From Chlorokybus atmophyticus (taxonomy: Eukaryota; Plantae; Mesostigma and Chlorokybus algae): a stretch of DNA of 64,000 nucleotides. The position numbers and the translations under genes were made by a program. The first letter of the stretch is position 1; each line of letters opens with the position of its first letter. The notes beneath the pieces were generated by a model. It was not told the origin of the DNA. It ran no database searches and worked only from the letters and a program-made list of their open reading frames with translations. Positions 1-13,845 of the stretch are shown piece by piece. Location of the stretch: NCBI GenBank assembly GCA_009103225.1, contig RHPI01002368.1:463397-527396 (forward strand), written 5' to 3'.

Positions 1-485
1 TTGCTGCTCCTAGGACACGACCTTTGCTGCCTGCAAACGGGACGGCGAGACATGCGTCTCGGATGCTGGGCAGGTGCTGCCGTTCTGTTGTAAAGGTGAA
101 GCGCTGTCTCATGCCGGGCAGGCCCGCGGCAGCAATGGATTGCACTGCGGTAGGTACAACAAAAGAGACGCATTTTCCCGGTTGCGTGCCTCGGCGGCCT
201 TGGTATCTTGCTACACCTAAATTGGTCACCTGTAACCACTGCTTTTAGTTTGTCGGTGGTTCGGTTGACTGCTAGCTTAACTGCTTCTGCGCTGACATGT
301 TGGTTATGTCACAACTCACTGGCTATGGTCCTGCAAGTTGGTTGAGCTTAACCGGACATGCATGACCTGCGAGGATATTTAGCAGCGGGTGACGTAACCG
401 GGGACGCGTATCTGCTGCGCGCTACACACGTCGCAGTGTCGCTTGCATTACGCCTGCAGACGCCGCCAATGATGGATCTAAGCAT
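1..485 (-). CDS. Possible 5' part of a gene running off the left edge, with a mitochondrial-presequence-like N-terminus; product unknown
   Basis: ATG at 485 gives MLRSIIGGVCRRNASDTATCVARSRY..., followed by a plausible AG|GT donor near 362. Open frames continue from about 290 to position 1. No family recognised. Confidence 0.25.
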
Positions 486-725
486 ACAGACCGATTTTTG
501 CAAAGGAGAGAAATTCTTGGTTGTGCCCAAGGCGTGCACTAACTCGACATTATGTGATCACCGCAATGACGTCACGCAGTCACGTGCCTTTCGACATCCG
601 TTTGGCGTTGATATCAGCATGTGTGACATACGGCTCGCTCTGATGTAGCGCCGACCAGGCCAGGTGTTGTCGGGGCAGGCTGTAGAGGCCAGGCCGGAGG
701 CTGCGGTGGCAACGGCGACGGCGGC

Positions 726-1145
726 ATGCGCAGCGGGGTGATTCTGATTGTTGTGCTATTGGCCGCCGTCTGTGTCCAGGAAGTGGCGGCTGCCAGCAAG
801 AAGGCGAGACTGAGGGTAAGCATGCCGCAACACCAGGCCAGTTCAGGCCAGACCAGGCCAGAGCAGGCCAGCAGCGTTGTAGACTCAACTACACACTGTC
901 TGGCAGGAAAAGGATCTGGTGGCGCTGCGGACTGCATGTGAAGAAAGAGTTTCTGGGTAAGTGCTGGAGTTGTTGTCTCCATGAATTGGTGATGTGCTGA
1001 TGAAGTCGTCTTGTTGCTGAGCAGTGTCGAAGCGTGCTTAGAGTCGGCCGCAGCCAGAGAAAACTGTGTTTTGAAGTGCGCATCACCATCATGCTATGAC
1101 AAAGTGTACGCTTCAGACCCGGTAACGACTTGCGCACAAGCTAGA

Positions 1146-1243
<98 letters not shown>

Positions 1244-1620
1244 TCCTTCATGTGCATGTGCGTGCGTGTGCGTCTGCGTGTGCACTCATACGTTGTTCAC
1301 TTTGCTAGTAGTATGTGTGATTTGCATGGTTGTGGTCTGGCAGATGTCTGACGTCATTCAACATGAGTGCTGCAGTTGGAGGATGGGGAAATAGATTCCG
1401 AACGTGGACGGGCATTCCGTGCATGTGCCCGCATGTGAGTGTACATGTTGTTGACAATCGGTGTGACCTGTCACGTTGTCCATGTGCAACAAGTGTGTAT
1501 CAATCAACACACCCGTCTTGTTGCTGCAGTGATGATGCTCGTTGTCTATGCTCATGTGGCTAACTCTGATCATGCAGGGAACTGCGCACGCGGATGGTTG
1601 AGTTGGAGCGCACCACTTGA
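726..1620 (+). CDS. Small secreted Cys-rich protein, DUF4787-like (5 exons)
   Basis: GT-AG exons 726-815, 907-956, 1025-1121, 1376-1434 and 1577-1620 join in frame. Product: signal peptide MRSGVILIVVLLAAVCVQEVAA, then EKDLVALRTACEERVSG-VEAC..RENCVLKCASPSCYDKVYASDP-LEDGEIDSERGRAFRACARMELR. This matches the recalled NCVLxCxSPxCY..DPLExGEID..RGRxF pattern of DUF4787. Confidence 0.75.
1149..1242. repeat. (CT)n microsatellite in an intron
   Basis: Direct dinucleotide run. Confidence 0.98.
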
Positions 1621-3356
1621 GACAGGTTATGGTTGCAGCACAAGTAACTATAATCAAGTTGATCATGAGGTAATTGCAGTTGGGATTCAAGCGCATCGCT
1701 GAAGCAAGCCAACAATAATGCGAGTACATTGTGGGCAGTCTCGAAGAGACAATGAGCTCGTTGTAAAGCTACTTCTGTTCACTTTGTACATGCGAGTAAT
1801 GCAAGTCTCACATGCTTATATTTTTTCAAGTGCGGATACATTACTACGAAATAATGCTAGCATGTATGGCATAGTGTCTTAGACTTATGTACACATACAT
1901 CTATTGCACGCATGCCATATGGTCACATGCGAGATAGTGTTGCTAGCAAGCAAGGCGACATCCTTGATGAGAATGATGCGGTGGCAAACAAACCCACATA
2001 GTATGCATCTCCCATAAACAAAGGCAGTAGTTAAAATGCCTGATGCATGTAAAAAGGCAATCAATCCGCATGGAAACTAGTCAAATGCATCAAACACCAT
2101 GCGTCAATGGCATATTGAAGAAGGTCATCATCCTTGGATGGATTGCAATTGGCCACTCTACCACCCTGCTCACATCGATAATTAGGTGCAACATGTATGT
2201 ATGTTCATTCGATGATGTTGTGGAAATGTGTGCAATGAGATGATGACAATGCATGTGGATGTATAACATATAAGATGCAAGGCTTGTGGCATGCATGAGT
2301 GTGTGAGGCATGCAACGCAAGCAACACACCACAGCACTCAACACCGGGCGTTCCACCTACTGACTACCTACATACTTCACTAGTAGCCCAACCTCGTCGG
2401 ACATGCATGCATACGTTTTCACCTGCACATGCGCCTTGGTCAGCAGCCTTGCTGCAGCAGTAGCGACCACATCAGCGACAGGACCATGGACTCCCCTCCC
2501 TTCCCATCTCCATCGCCTACACCCTCTCCTCCTCCGCCGCCGTCGTCTACTTCTGCTGCACGCATGCATGCTACTGTACTTGCATATGCATGTATAATCG
2601 GTATGTACGGATGCTGCCTGCTGTCGCTATGTGTTTGTGATTGCAATGCTATACCCTATGATGACACGCAGCAACCCATCATTCCATTATGCAACTTGTT
2701 ATTAGTGTACACAATTCACCTTCCACATGACCACCAGGGGAGGCGCGCACTCTGAAGCTACCTATTTCATTGCTGTGTACTTTTCTCATGTGGATAGTTA
2801 CTAAGATACTATCAATTACACATCTGAGTTACATATGGGCTCTTACTTGCACTGATTTGCTTGCGGTCACAATGTCACTTTGCCGCAGATGCACAGGCAA
2901 CATTTTTAATGTAGGCTTTCTCAGAGGGTTGTTGCAATGGAACACGCGCACATGTACAAAATTGCCTCGGGCATATTGTGTACATTGTGGCATACCCCTT
3001 TTGTCCACGAGGCAAAGCACACAACAATTGGCATGCCACTTTTGTGCCATGCAAGTTGCACACAATGCACTGCAATACTGCGGTCATGCACAACCAAGCA
3101 CAACCCAAACTTGCAACACTCCTCCCAAAGCTGTCCTGATAAGAATATACAAGTGCAACCGACCCAAAGAGCGACTGAGTGGATGCGAGATCAGCACTAG
3201 ATCCTACAAGCCAAGTACATGGTGCACGCGAGCGCATGCAGCGGTGCCAGTCTTGACAAACTGCTGAGTGTTGGTGACACGGCCCGGCTGCTTGCCTGTC
3301 AAGCGTCTTCGATCCAAGTAGCAGTGAAGCGGCCAGCCACATGAGCTCTACAAACC

Positions 3357-5070
3357 TTATAAGGCCATCTCCGCTTGCAGTGCCTCCAGCTCCTCCTCCT
3401 CCTTGCTCTTGACAGGCGCGGCTTGCGGCCTGGCTCTGGCTGGCTGTGCCGGCACTCTCCCCGCAGGAACTGCAGTAACACCTTGATTAGGTGTTGAATA
3501 TCCAGGTGAATGATAGCTACACCTTACAAACTTTTGTGCCCTGCCTACTTTAACACCCCCAACAGTGTTACTGCAGCACACTCACCACTGGGCAAGTGCT
3601 GCACTGGTTGAGCTGGTGCAGCAGTGGCAGGACCAAGCAAGTCCTCATCAAGACCTTCAGCCTCCAACTCCTGCGATGCACAACATTAGCAAGAACTCTA
3701 TGCAGTATGCGGTGGTATTGCGGGGCAAACACACACTCGTAAGGCCAAGCCAGTACCTGAAGCTCGGCCTCCAGCTCATCTTCATCAAGATCAGCAGCTG
3801 CACCTGCAACAGGAAGCCACACTCAGCAACCAGAATCAGTTGGGTGGAGTTGATGTGTGATCAATGTGCTTTATGCACCTATCGGTTGCCCAAGGGCGTC
3901 CTGAATCTGGCGCATGTTTTCTGTTTGCTCTGCAATCTCCTCCATTGTCTTATCCACATCGTCAATGTTGGTTTCTTTCTGCGAACATCATGGGTTAGCC
4001 ATGTTGTGACTGCCTGTACATACATTTAAGCTCGGCTGCCAAGTGCCTTACCTGCATGCGCTTCATTGCAAGCGCCCCAGATCGCAGTGCACCAACAGTC
4101 TCGGTTGTCGCCTTGGCACCCTCTAGCATAATCATCTGCAGGAGACAAGCATTGCAACCTGGGTTGAACATCAACAACATGCTGTGAAAACAGGCAACGG
4201 ATACATATACTTGAGACAGTATATACACATGTTGCAGCTATATTGTACAACAGTAGAGACTTGAATGTGAACAGCAATGAACTGCATCAGCAACAACCAG
4301 CTCACCTGGTCATGTATGCGCAATTGGTTATTCGCCAACTGATCCGCTTGGGCTTCGTACATCTTTTTGCGTTTTAAACATTGCAAGGCAGCTGCAAATG
4401 CAGAACAGAACTGTCAGACTGAAGTAGAAGCACAGTCTCACTCGCAATCGGACACGCATGCGTGCACAAGCATACCGCGCTTGTTCTTCTGACGGGAGTA
4501 CTCCTTTGCCTTTTCTACTTCAAGCGCTGCTTTCTTCTGCAGCACCTTCTCTCGCTTTTCCAGCATCTCAAGGGTCTGCATGTCACACCCATGAGACATT
4601 GCAAACCCACCAACAACAGAACATACCAGAGACACACCAAGCTACAAGGCTTCAAGCCTGTGAGCGCTACTTGATTTGTTGAAACAACACGCTATAGCGT
4701 CACGTAACTAGATTTACGGGCTTGCATACAGCCGGATTGTGCTATGCTTGAACCGGGTTCAAGCAGCAGCTTGAGTCGAACAATGCTACGGCTAATGTAT
4801 TGGCAAGGCAATCTCTGCTATTGTGAATGTGACGCCCATGCAACAAAGCATCGAGCACAGCACACGTTGTGCCAATCTGGTACACGACTTGTTATTAACG
4901 GTGTATGCAGCCTGGTAGCTGTGTGCAAGGCAGGCAATCAGCGCCATTGAGGTGTTGAACAGCCATCCTTCACCCACCTCATTGAGCTTAGAGAGTGTGT
5001 CAATGGTAGTGGCGCTGGTGTTAGACGCGGGTGCCTCCCCCTTGGGCTTGCCAAAGAGGCGGCCAAACAT
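3357..5070 (-). CDS. VPS32: ESCRT-III subunit SNF7/VPS32 (multi-exon)
   Basis: Exon peptides MFGRLFGKPK..TIDTLSKLNE, TLEMLEKREKVLQKK..KNKR, ALQCLKRKKMYE.Q.DQL.N.QLRIHDQ, MIMLEGAKATTETVGALRSGA.AMK, DLDEDELEAEL and EEEELEALQAEMAL* are diagnostic of the Snf7 family. GT-AG junctions. Confidence 0.95.
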
Positions 5071-5329
5071 CTTTGACGGCCGCAGCCTCAGAGGCCGAGA
5101 TCAACGACGATGAAAACACCAACAACCACACCAGCTACCACCCCGTTGACCCTGGCTTCGCACGTGACACTCTTCCTTCTCTCAGCAACGCACTGCTCAG
5201 GGCGGTGTCGCCTCAAGATGACCTCAGACAACGCAACCACGCCAACGACCACGTCAACAACACCGCCGCCGCCGCTGCCACCTGCCACCAGCCTGCTGCT
5301 CGCTGCTGCCACGTGGCGAATGGCAGCGC

Positions 5330-5338
5330 AAACCCTAA
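5330..5338 (+). promoter_or_regulatory. Telo-box (AAACCCTAA) upstream of VPS32
   Basis: Exact motif about 260 bp upstream of the VPS32 ATG; function inferred from plant promoters. Confidence 0.4.
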
Positions 5339-6310
5339 GAAGCTTTGACGTTAAAAACGATATCGGCAAGACAAACCGATTTCTCTGGTAACAAGCAGCG
5401 AGATATCGATTCACATGGCTTAGCACGACACCTCTTGAAGCAGGAGTTAATAGCAGTTCCGAGGTAGCCTTTAACCCTTGGGTAACATTGTGTCAATGAG
5501 TGCCTACAAGTGAGTACCTACCGGTAGTAGCTTATGTAAATTAATGTTCATTCACAACTACTGTGCCAAAATGATAGTGGATTGATCAGCATATTAGTGC
5601 CTCACGGGTATCAATTAGCGCCCATCTTTCTTTGCCCAAGTATCCCCCTTGGCGCAACTCTAGCCGCCCTCACCTGCTGCTGCCTACCCTTGTGATGCAC
5701 GCACATAGGAACCAGCCCCTTATCTATTTTAGTGTTGGTTACCTTCTTGTGATAATGATGTAGTTGTGTGCCTTGGTTTGCCTTGCCTATTGTGCTATGT
5801 GACTGGGTGGTTACCATAATAGCATACAAAATGGGTGAGCAGCAATAGTGTGGACTCAAAGATCTTCAAGCGAGCGAAAACGACTAAATAAACATAAGGT
5901 AATCAAACTCAAAGGGTTAAATTCAACAAGGTTATTTGTTCACTACATGATGTAGATTTGCAAGGACTACGGACGCTTTGTCAAAGCCACGTTGCATTTA
6001 TGACTCGTGATAATGGTGCAAATATTGCTTCTATAGTGCGTATCTGGTTTTACGTATATTATTTTCATCAAGCAGTATTTAAAAAGGCTATGAAAAAATA
6101 ATTATCAATTCTAAAATGGATGATCATGATCGTTGCTACGTCTTCCAGCAAGGAATGCTTGGTTAACATGCATATCTGTGATAATTATGCAAGGTTAAAT
6201 AGTTATTTGTGTTCAATTGCAGATCAACGTACCATATTTGTGCGAGTGGACACCCCCCTTCCTTATTACAGCACCCCAATTTATTTCGAGAGGGAGGGGG
6301 GGGGGGGGGG

Positions 6311-6535
6311 NNNNNNNNNNNNNNNNNNNNNNNNNNNNNNNNNNNNNNNNNNNNNNNNNNNNNNNNNNNNNNNNNNNNNNNNNNNNNNNNNNNNNNNNNN
6401 NNNNNNNNNNNNNNNNNNNNNNNNNNNNNNNNNNNNNNNNNNNNNNNNNNNNNNNNNNNNNNNNNNNNNNNNNNNNNNNNNNNNNNNNNNNNNNNNNNNN
6501 NNNNNNNNNNNNNNNNNNNNNNNNNNNNNNNNNNN
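6311..6535. other. Assembly gap (N run) flanked by poly-G
   Basis: N characters with G homopolymers on both sides. Confidence 0.99.
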
Positions 6536-6957
6536 GGAGGGGGGGGGGCTTGTTTGTAAGAAGGGGTTGTATCGCATAAATACGTCTTTGTACGTTGCCA
6601 TACCAATGCCATTTGCAAATATTGTAATTGATCTGTCAACTGCATTTTGTTCACTTAAACTTTTGCATGAAAAGTGTCGCATATCACCATAATTCCCAAC
6701 AAGAAAACCACACAAACAATCCCACACCTACAAGCGAATTTCATGAGGGCAATACGAAGGCGATTCACTATCACAACGTGTTACAACCTGGAGTACAGGC
6801 ATGCCCGGTACAAATGTGCCTTGCTGACCATGACACTCATGAACCTGACAGAATTGCTCTGCTGATGTTCCATTCACTGCATCCGTAAGTATTCTATGTC
6901 ATCGTGCAGGCCTACCTCAACGAGATGTCGCGTCGTTTTCAAAACCCTCGCAAAAGC

Positions 6958-6965
6958 GCGGCAAA
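6958..6965 (-). promoter_or_regulatory. E2F-like site (TTTGCCGC) in the RPA32 promoter
   Basis: Fits WTTSSCSS about 125 bp upstream of the ATG. RPA genes are known E2F targets. The motif is conserved in the duplicated copy near 47600. Confidence 0.45.
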
Positions 6966-7089
6966 AATCGAACCCTTCTGCGCTTGTCTCCAGCCAAAGT
7001 TTTCTTACGCTTAGCCTGCTGCCGCCGCCTGCGCCGACGAGGAGGAGGACGAGGGGGAGGAGGAGGAGGAGCTGAGAGGGGTGTGAGGA

Positions 7090-9737
7090 ATGAGTATGTA
7101 CGGCGGTGGGGGTTTTGACACGACGGCGAGTCAGTTCGCCGGCGGGGGTTTCATCCCTCAGGAGAGTGGGCACAGGGCGGGAGGGGGAGGGGGCTATGAC
7201 GCTGGGGACACATCGGGCACACAGTCTGGATATAGGGTGAGTGGTTTGATTGACTTGGACTATTTTATATTTAGTTAAGCTAGTTCTTGCTGGTGCTGCA
7301 TGTGGCATGCCTAAGACAACTGTTGTGAGCACCTCGCATTGAAATGAACAGTTATATGTCTCCAAACCAGGGGTAGGAAGGCCAGTCTTTGCCAGTGAGA
7401 ATACAAAGTAGTGTGTCCTTGTGCGCCCACATTGTGCATTGTGACGAGGTGGCACAGCCATCGCTGTCATCATCAACAACATACTGTTGTGAGAGGGTTA
7501 CTCGTGTGCATGCTTCTGCCTAAAACCCTCCACCCAACAGTATGTACATTTTTGCCTGCCTGTCACACCAGCAATGTGCAATCGATAGTCAGCATTACAC
7601 TCTTCTTTACACTCTTACACACTACTGATTGTGGTATGTTGTGACCATCTACCTCAGCGGGGCGGCGGCCAATCCCAGCCCCTTCTAGCCTTAACAATTC
7701 GGCAAGCCGACGGCGCCGTGCATGTGTCAAGCGGAGAGTTCCATGTTGATGGCGTGGCCGTAAGTGTTGTTGTTGTTGTTGTTGTTGTTGTGAGAATGGA
7801 GTCTGATATGCTCCCTCCATGCTGCAGCTTCACACAGTCACGATGGTGGGAAGGGTCACCGAAGCTGTTGAGAACGCCACAACATATGAAATGACTCTGC
7901 ACGATGGCACCGGCAGCATTAAGGTAACACATCATACAACAGGCACCCATCTCACTTTCATAAGGTTCATCAGACCCTGACACAAGCTTACAACAGTTGA
8001 AACGAGATTTCTGGCATGCTGGTCTATGCGTTGAGGAAGCATAATTGTCAGCTTACACTTGTGCTGGAAGTGTCCGCGCACGCACACATCCACACGCGCA
8101 CACATGCATATGCGCATGTGCATGCCCAGGTGTTTGCGTGTGAGTGTGCGCGAGTGTGTGCGAGTGAGCGTGCACAAGCATGCGCACATACAGGTTGCAT
8201 GCTTGATGCCGTGTTTGTTTTTGGTCTGGTTGCAGGTGACCAAGTTCAAGAGCCAGGAGGACGAGGCTGCTGGCAGCCAGTGCGACTGGGGCAAAGGGCA
8301 GTACGTGCGCGTGCACGGCTACCTGCAGTCGTTCCAGGGACAGCAGAAGATCACAGCCTTCAACATCAGGTAAGCTGAGCACAGGCTTGTGTTCGTGCGC
8401 TTACACATACGCATGCACGTGTGTGTAGGTGTGCATGCAGCTGTGTGTCTGTATTCGAGCGGGTGCACATGTTTGCATGGGTGTGCATGTGGATGTGCGT
8501 ATAAGTGTAGGTGTATGCTTGTTTGTACTTTTTCTGATCAACCAACCAACTGAATGACAATCTTCTGATCACATGAGTGACTGATTGATTGGTCAGTCAT
8601 TGACTTGAGCGTTGTACTTGTGAACAGGCCCGTAACTGATTTCAACGAAGTGACGTACCATTTCTTGGAGTGCATTCAGAGCCATCTCATCAACACGAAG
8701 GGCCTCGTGCCGGGTGGCGATGGCGGCGCGCAGCTGCCGCAACCCGCTCACATCGGAGCCCAGGTTGGTGGGATGTCCTTCTCACATATGTGTGCGTATA
8801 CCACACACGCACACACATACGCGTACAGCAGTGTGTGTGCGTGCGCATGCAAATGTGCGCGTGTGCACGCGCATGTGCGTATGTACACAAACGCACACGC
8901 CCACACACGGCCATGCACATGTTTGTATGCAACGGATGCCAAGTGCACATGGTTGTGTGATGCGGACAGACCTGCTTGTGTAAACGACATATGCTACACG
9001 TGTACACTACATGTTTACTGCATGTTCAACTGTCTGTTGTGTGACAGTATCAGCCGAGCGGGCTGGCAAGCAGCGCTGTCGGTGGCGGTGCTGCCGGCGG
9101 CGGCGGTGGTGGTGCGGGCAGCGTGAACGACCGTGTGCTTGAGGTGTTCTCAGAGCCCGCTGCGAACCAGTCCGAGCCTGGACTCAATGTCGACCACGTC
9201 GCGGCCGTGCTTCGCATGGACAAGGAGACCATCAAGTATGTACAACAGCACTTGACCAGCATGCCTGCAAGTGTGCATGTGCGTGTGTGCGCGCTCGGTG
9301 TCATATGGGCGCATATACATACGATGTTTGTGTGGATGTGTTATTTGTGTGTGGTTCATGTGTGGACACCAGAAGTAGTCGAAGGTGGATAAGTTTGCAC
9401 TTCACTCCATGAGTAGTGGCAATGATCAAGTTGAGCTGCATCGCATATGACACGTTTGCACTGTATAATGTACGTTTCAGCTATGTCTCGCCAAATTGGG
9501 TGCGTCATGAACTCGCTGTGTCTGGTCCAGAGGCGTTTCATTTGTGTATGTGAAGATTGTGTGAGACGGGTGCAGTGGAAGAACTGATCAGCAGCAGCCA
9601 GACTCGTCATTGTGTGTATATGCCTAACCAATGCTCATGCCTGCAGACGTGCGGTGGACTATCTGGTTTCAGAAGGCCATCTGTACTCTACTATAGATGA
9701 CGACCACTTCAAGGCTACTGGCGGAGCTATCTACTAG
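7090..9737 (+). CDS. RPA2: Replication protein A 32 kDa subunit (multi-exon)
   Basis: N-terminus MYGGGGFD...FAGGGF; OB fold ([57 protein letters not shown]); winged helix ending [21 protein letters not shown]; stop TAG at 9735-9737. Confidence 0.95.
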
Positions 9738-10954
9738 GTGTGCTTGACAGCATCCCGCGTTGTGTATAATACTAGAATTGTCCGTCATGTAGCTGTCTTC
9801 TGACTTGCTTGTTGTCTGTGTGTGCCTCTGGCAAATGTGTGCAAAGCATTTGCGCAAAGAATCATTGGGGAGTGGGCAAGGCTGATAAGCTCGCCTGAGT
9901 GACACCTGGTTGATGTGCTTTGTGCATGCACATCTACAATGTGAAGTTATATGCACAAGGCCGTTACAATTGAGGGCAATCAGGACAGTTCAGCAATGCA
10001 GACAACATCTTCACACACATCACCTACGTAGTAGTAGTGAGTCTTATATAACTTATGTACCGCTTGCTGAGTGCCCAACACTAATGCTGACTTGTGCCTA
10101 CCATGACAGTTGCCAAACCTCCGCCTGGCCAGCTTTACACTACAAGTTGCGGTATTGTGTAGTGTGCGATTGATGTGGTGGTGGTAGTTGTTAGAGCCAC
10201 TAACTTTGCATATATACTTGGTGGTTGATAGGAGGCCCTGCGCATGCATGCAGCGCAGTTGGCCTGTGCGCGCTCACATGCGCATCGTACAACCCTTTCA
10301 TTGCAGATGTGCGCTGCATCCCAAACTCATATATATGTAAGTATGTGCGCTCATACCCAGCTTCACAAGCCCAAAACGTGCGTGTACAGGCGAAATGCGC
10401 AGGTACTGAAGCTTGCGGCTGACACATGCATGACTAACAGGGGGGTGGTAGAAGTAGAGTAAGTGGTAGAGTGTAGGAGGCACGCAAGCGCATGGTGTAG
10501 CCCAGTGGTTTTGTAGAGTGAGGTGAGTGTCATGCATGCTGTACGACATCATGATGTGGGTTGAATATGCATCCGCATTGTTTGTACATGTGGTTCTTGT
10601 GCACTCAGCCCAGAATTCACTCGCTTATATATGCACACGTGTGCTCACAGGCATGCGCATGTGCGTGTATGTGCTACACGCATTCCTATAATCACCACAC
10701 AGTGCAGGGTACTGCAGAAGAGAAACTAAACGAAACGTATAGGAGTATATGTAAAAAGGGAAGGATGATGTCTCTAAACACACAAAGGATGCCTTCACAA
10801 CAGTATGCCTGATCAACTCATGACATATTAACCACTAAAGGGGTGCCGTCGCACACTCTTCAATCCAATATCCCACCAGATGGCCAAAGAACACACTCTC
10901 TTATTCAAAGGGGGGCCAGTGATGGTAGTCTAGTATAGTTGTATGCTTATTTCT

Positions 10955-12332
10955 TTACTCGGGCTTTGTGACTTTGTGCACCCTGTACACGGAAGACGGA
11001 CCGCCCACCAACGGCTTGTACTTGAGGATGGCCTGTAACATTGCCATGCCAAACACATCAGCACCAAATACAACATGTCTCCATATCAAGCATGATATGC
11101 ACAGCGGATACACGCCTGCTGGTGGTAACACAAGCACACACATACCCGCGCCAAACACCCGTGCGTGCACACACCTGTGTACGCTCACACACATGCGCAT
11201 ACTCTTGCACACACAAACACAGACACAAGCCCGCGCGCATACACACGCACACACGCACACATGCTCAGTCACCTGTAGACCGCGCTTGTAGTCCGGCAGC
11301 TCATTGGCCTCCCTGTATGCCTGCGCGCGGGTCCAATCAGCTCCAACTCACAAGCATACACAACATGTTGTTAAGTGTCCACCATCATCATCATCATCAT
11401 CATCACACCTGCAATGAGGTCCACTGCGCGTAGTTGAACGCGCGTGTGCGGTCGGCCGACACGTGGAAGTTGGCACTAATGAAACCGGGAGCGCGCTCCA
11501 CCGTCTTGATGAACTCGGCGATGTCGCCAAGAAGCGCATCGATCATTGCGGGTGAGTCCACCTGAAACATGTGTGCGTGTGTTTGGTGAGTCACTCACGT
11601 GTGTGATGTTGTGTCAGTGTGGAACAACAATCTTGCCTGGAACATGACGAGGACGACCACGCTGGAGGCGTTTTCTTGCACGGTTGTGGGAGGGTTTGCC
11701 CCGCGCGTGGCATGCACGGTGAAGGCCTTACACAACAACATCATATCGGCAAGGGACCAACATACGAATAGACATATCGACAAACTGGACCAACCCCAAC
11801 ATGATATAGACGCAAGAGCCCACAAACACGCATTGCCCACGCATGCACTTGCGCACACTGCACGCACATGCGCGAGTGCATTGTGCGTGTGCGTGCACCC
11901 ACCCAAATGCACACATATGCATACACTCACGCTCACGCGCGCGTGCACACACACACACACATGCGCACACGCGCACACCTGTTTGCGGCTGATGCGAGGG
12001 GGGTCGGGCACAAGTCCCGACGAGGCCATATAGGCAGCGAAAGTGCCGGCAATCGGCAGCACGCTGCACGCTTCAATAAAGGCCTGAACACACCAAAACC
12101 ACACTGGTAAGCACACGTACAGCGTGTACTCCTGTACCCAACATGAACACACACAAGCACACATCCAACACACCTTGTCAGTTTGGAACTGAATGTAGTT
12201 CAACACAGTCGTGCTGTCCAAACCCGCGTGCAAAGCCGCCGACACGAAGCCCGGCCGCGCAGCAAGCATCTTGTTCAAATTCTCAATGCTCCTGTTTCGA
12301 CACAAGTGACCCACATGTCAACAACAACATAC

Positions 12333-12365
<33 letters not shown>

Positions 12366-13770
12366 CACCAACATCCCCTCACACCTCAGCATGTCGTTCT
12401 GCGCCTCTTTCGTTGTTCTGAACACGTTCTGCACGACGGTGTACCCCGCATCCTTTGCGATAGTTGTCGCGGGACCGGTGGGTGGAGCCGCAACAGCGGG
12501 AACGGGAGCTGCGTCGGGAGAGGCGTGTGCGTCTCCTCCGGCGGGGGGTGAACCACCTAATACATGTGTGTGGGTGGGTGGGTTGGGGAGGGGGAGGGGG
12601 GCGCGGGGGGGTGAGGTGGGTGTTGGATGAAGGGTTGGGCTTACCCTTGGCGGCGGCGACGTCGGCGAATAGCGGGCGAAGGTCAAAGTAGATGCGGAGC
12701 TCGTCGACCTGACAAACAGTGTGTGCGTGAGTATACACGTCCAGTCAAACAACCGAGAAGAAGTAGAAATGACCACACAATGGCCAACCACACACACGCG
12801 CACGCGCCTGTCCAACATCTAGCACAAATGACCAAACAGTGACACACATACACACACACATGCTCACACTTGCGCACGCATGCGCACACATATGCGCTCC
12901 CGCGCACGCAACAAACCCGACAACCCAACATCACCCCCACCTTATTCCCCTTCATCCTAAACACATCATACGCCGGATACTCCGCGTCCGGTATCCCCAG
13001 ATTGTCCCTGTAGTAGTGCGTCATGAGCTCGACGACGATATAATCCCCGGTCTGGGTGATGCCGGTGACCTTGTGGTGGGAACCGCGAGCGAGGCCCTTC
13101 TTGATGAGCATAGGGACCATGGAGATGATGGTGGACTTGCCCTTGACGGCCGGGAAGGGGTTGCCGGTAGGGGCCATCTGAGGGAGAAGGGAGACAGGGT
13201 GTGAGAGCGCGTGACACACAAGCATATGCGCGCGCACGCTTGCAACTGAGCATGCGCGTGCGCGAGCGCGTGCGTGCATGTGTACCAATACAACGCACAC
13301 GCTCTCTCCCCTCCCTCTCACCTGAAACGTCGCGTCCTCCGTGAAGTAGCTCACGACCTTCTCGGCGTCCTGCTGGTTGTACGCCTCCAGCACCTTCATG
13401 ACGGTACCAAGGGGAGTCTCGTCCTCGATCGGCGTCGAGACGTAGCGGTCGCCGAGGGAACGCGCGATCATGGCGTCGCGGAAGAGGGGAGCGAGGTCGA
13501 AGTAGATGCGGAGCTCGTCGACCTTGGGGGGGGAGAGTGTGGGTATGTGGGTGTGTGGGTATGTTGTTTCCGACACAACATGTGGGTTTGACACAACAAG
13601 TGCACATGAACAACATGTGGTGATGTTGTGTCGGGCGCGTATGGAAACACGGGGGGTTTGACATGACAACATGCCACGTACCGACATGTGTGCTTGGTGT
13701 GATCGATCGCACAACACGGCAATGCTTGCACTACCTAACACAACATGTGTGCTTTGCCACATCTACAGCA

Positions 13771-13845
<75 letters not shown>

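Noticed and set aside
6120-6727. ORFs spanning the N gap
   Set aside because: Artefacts of reading through unknown bases
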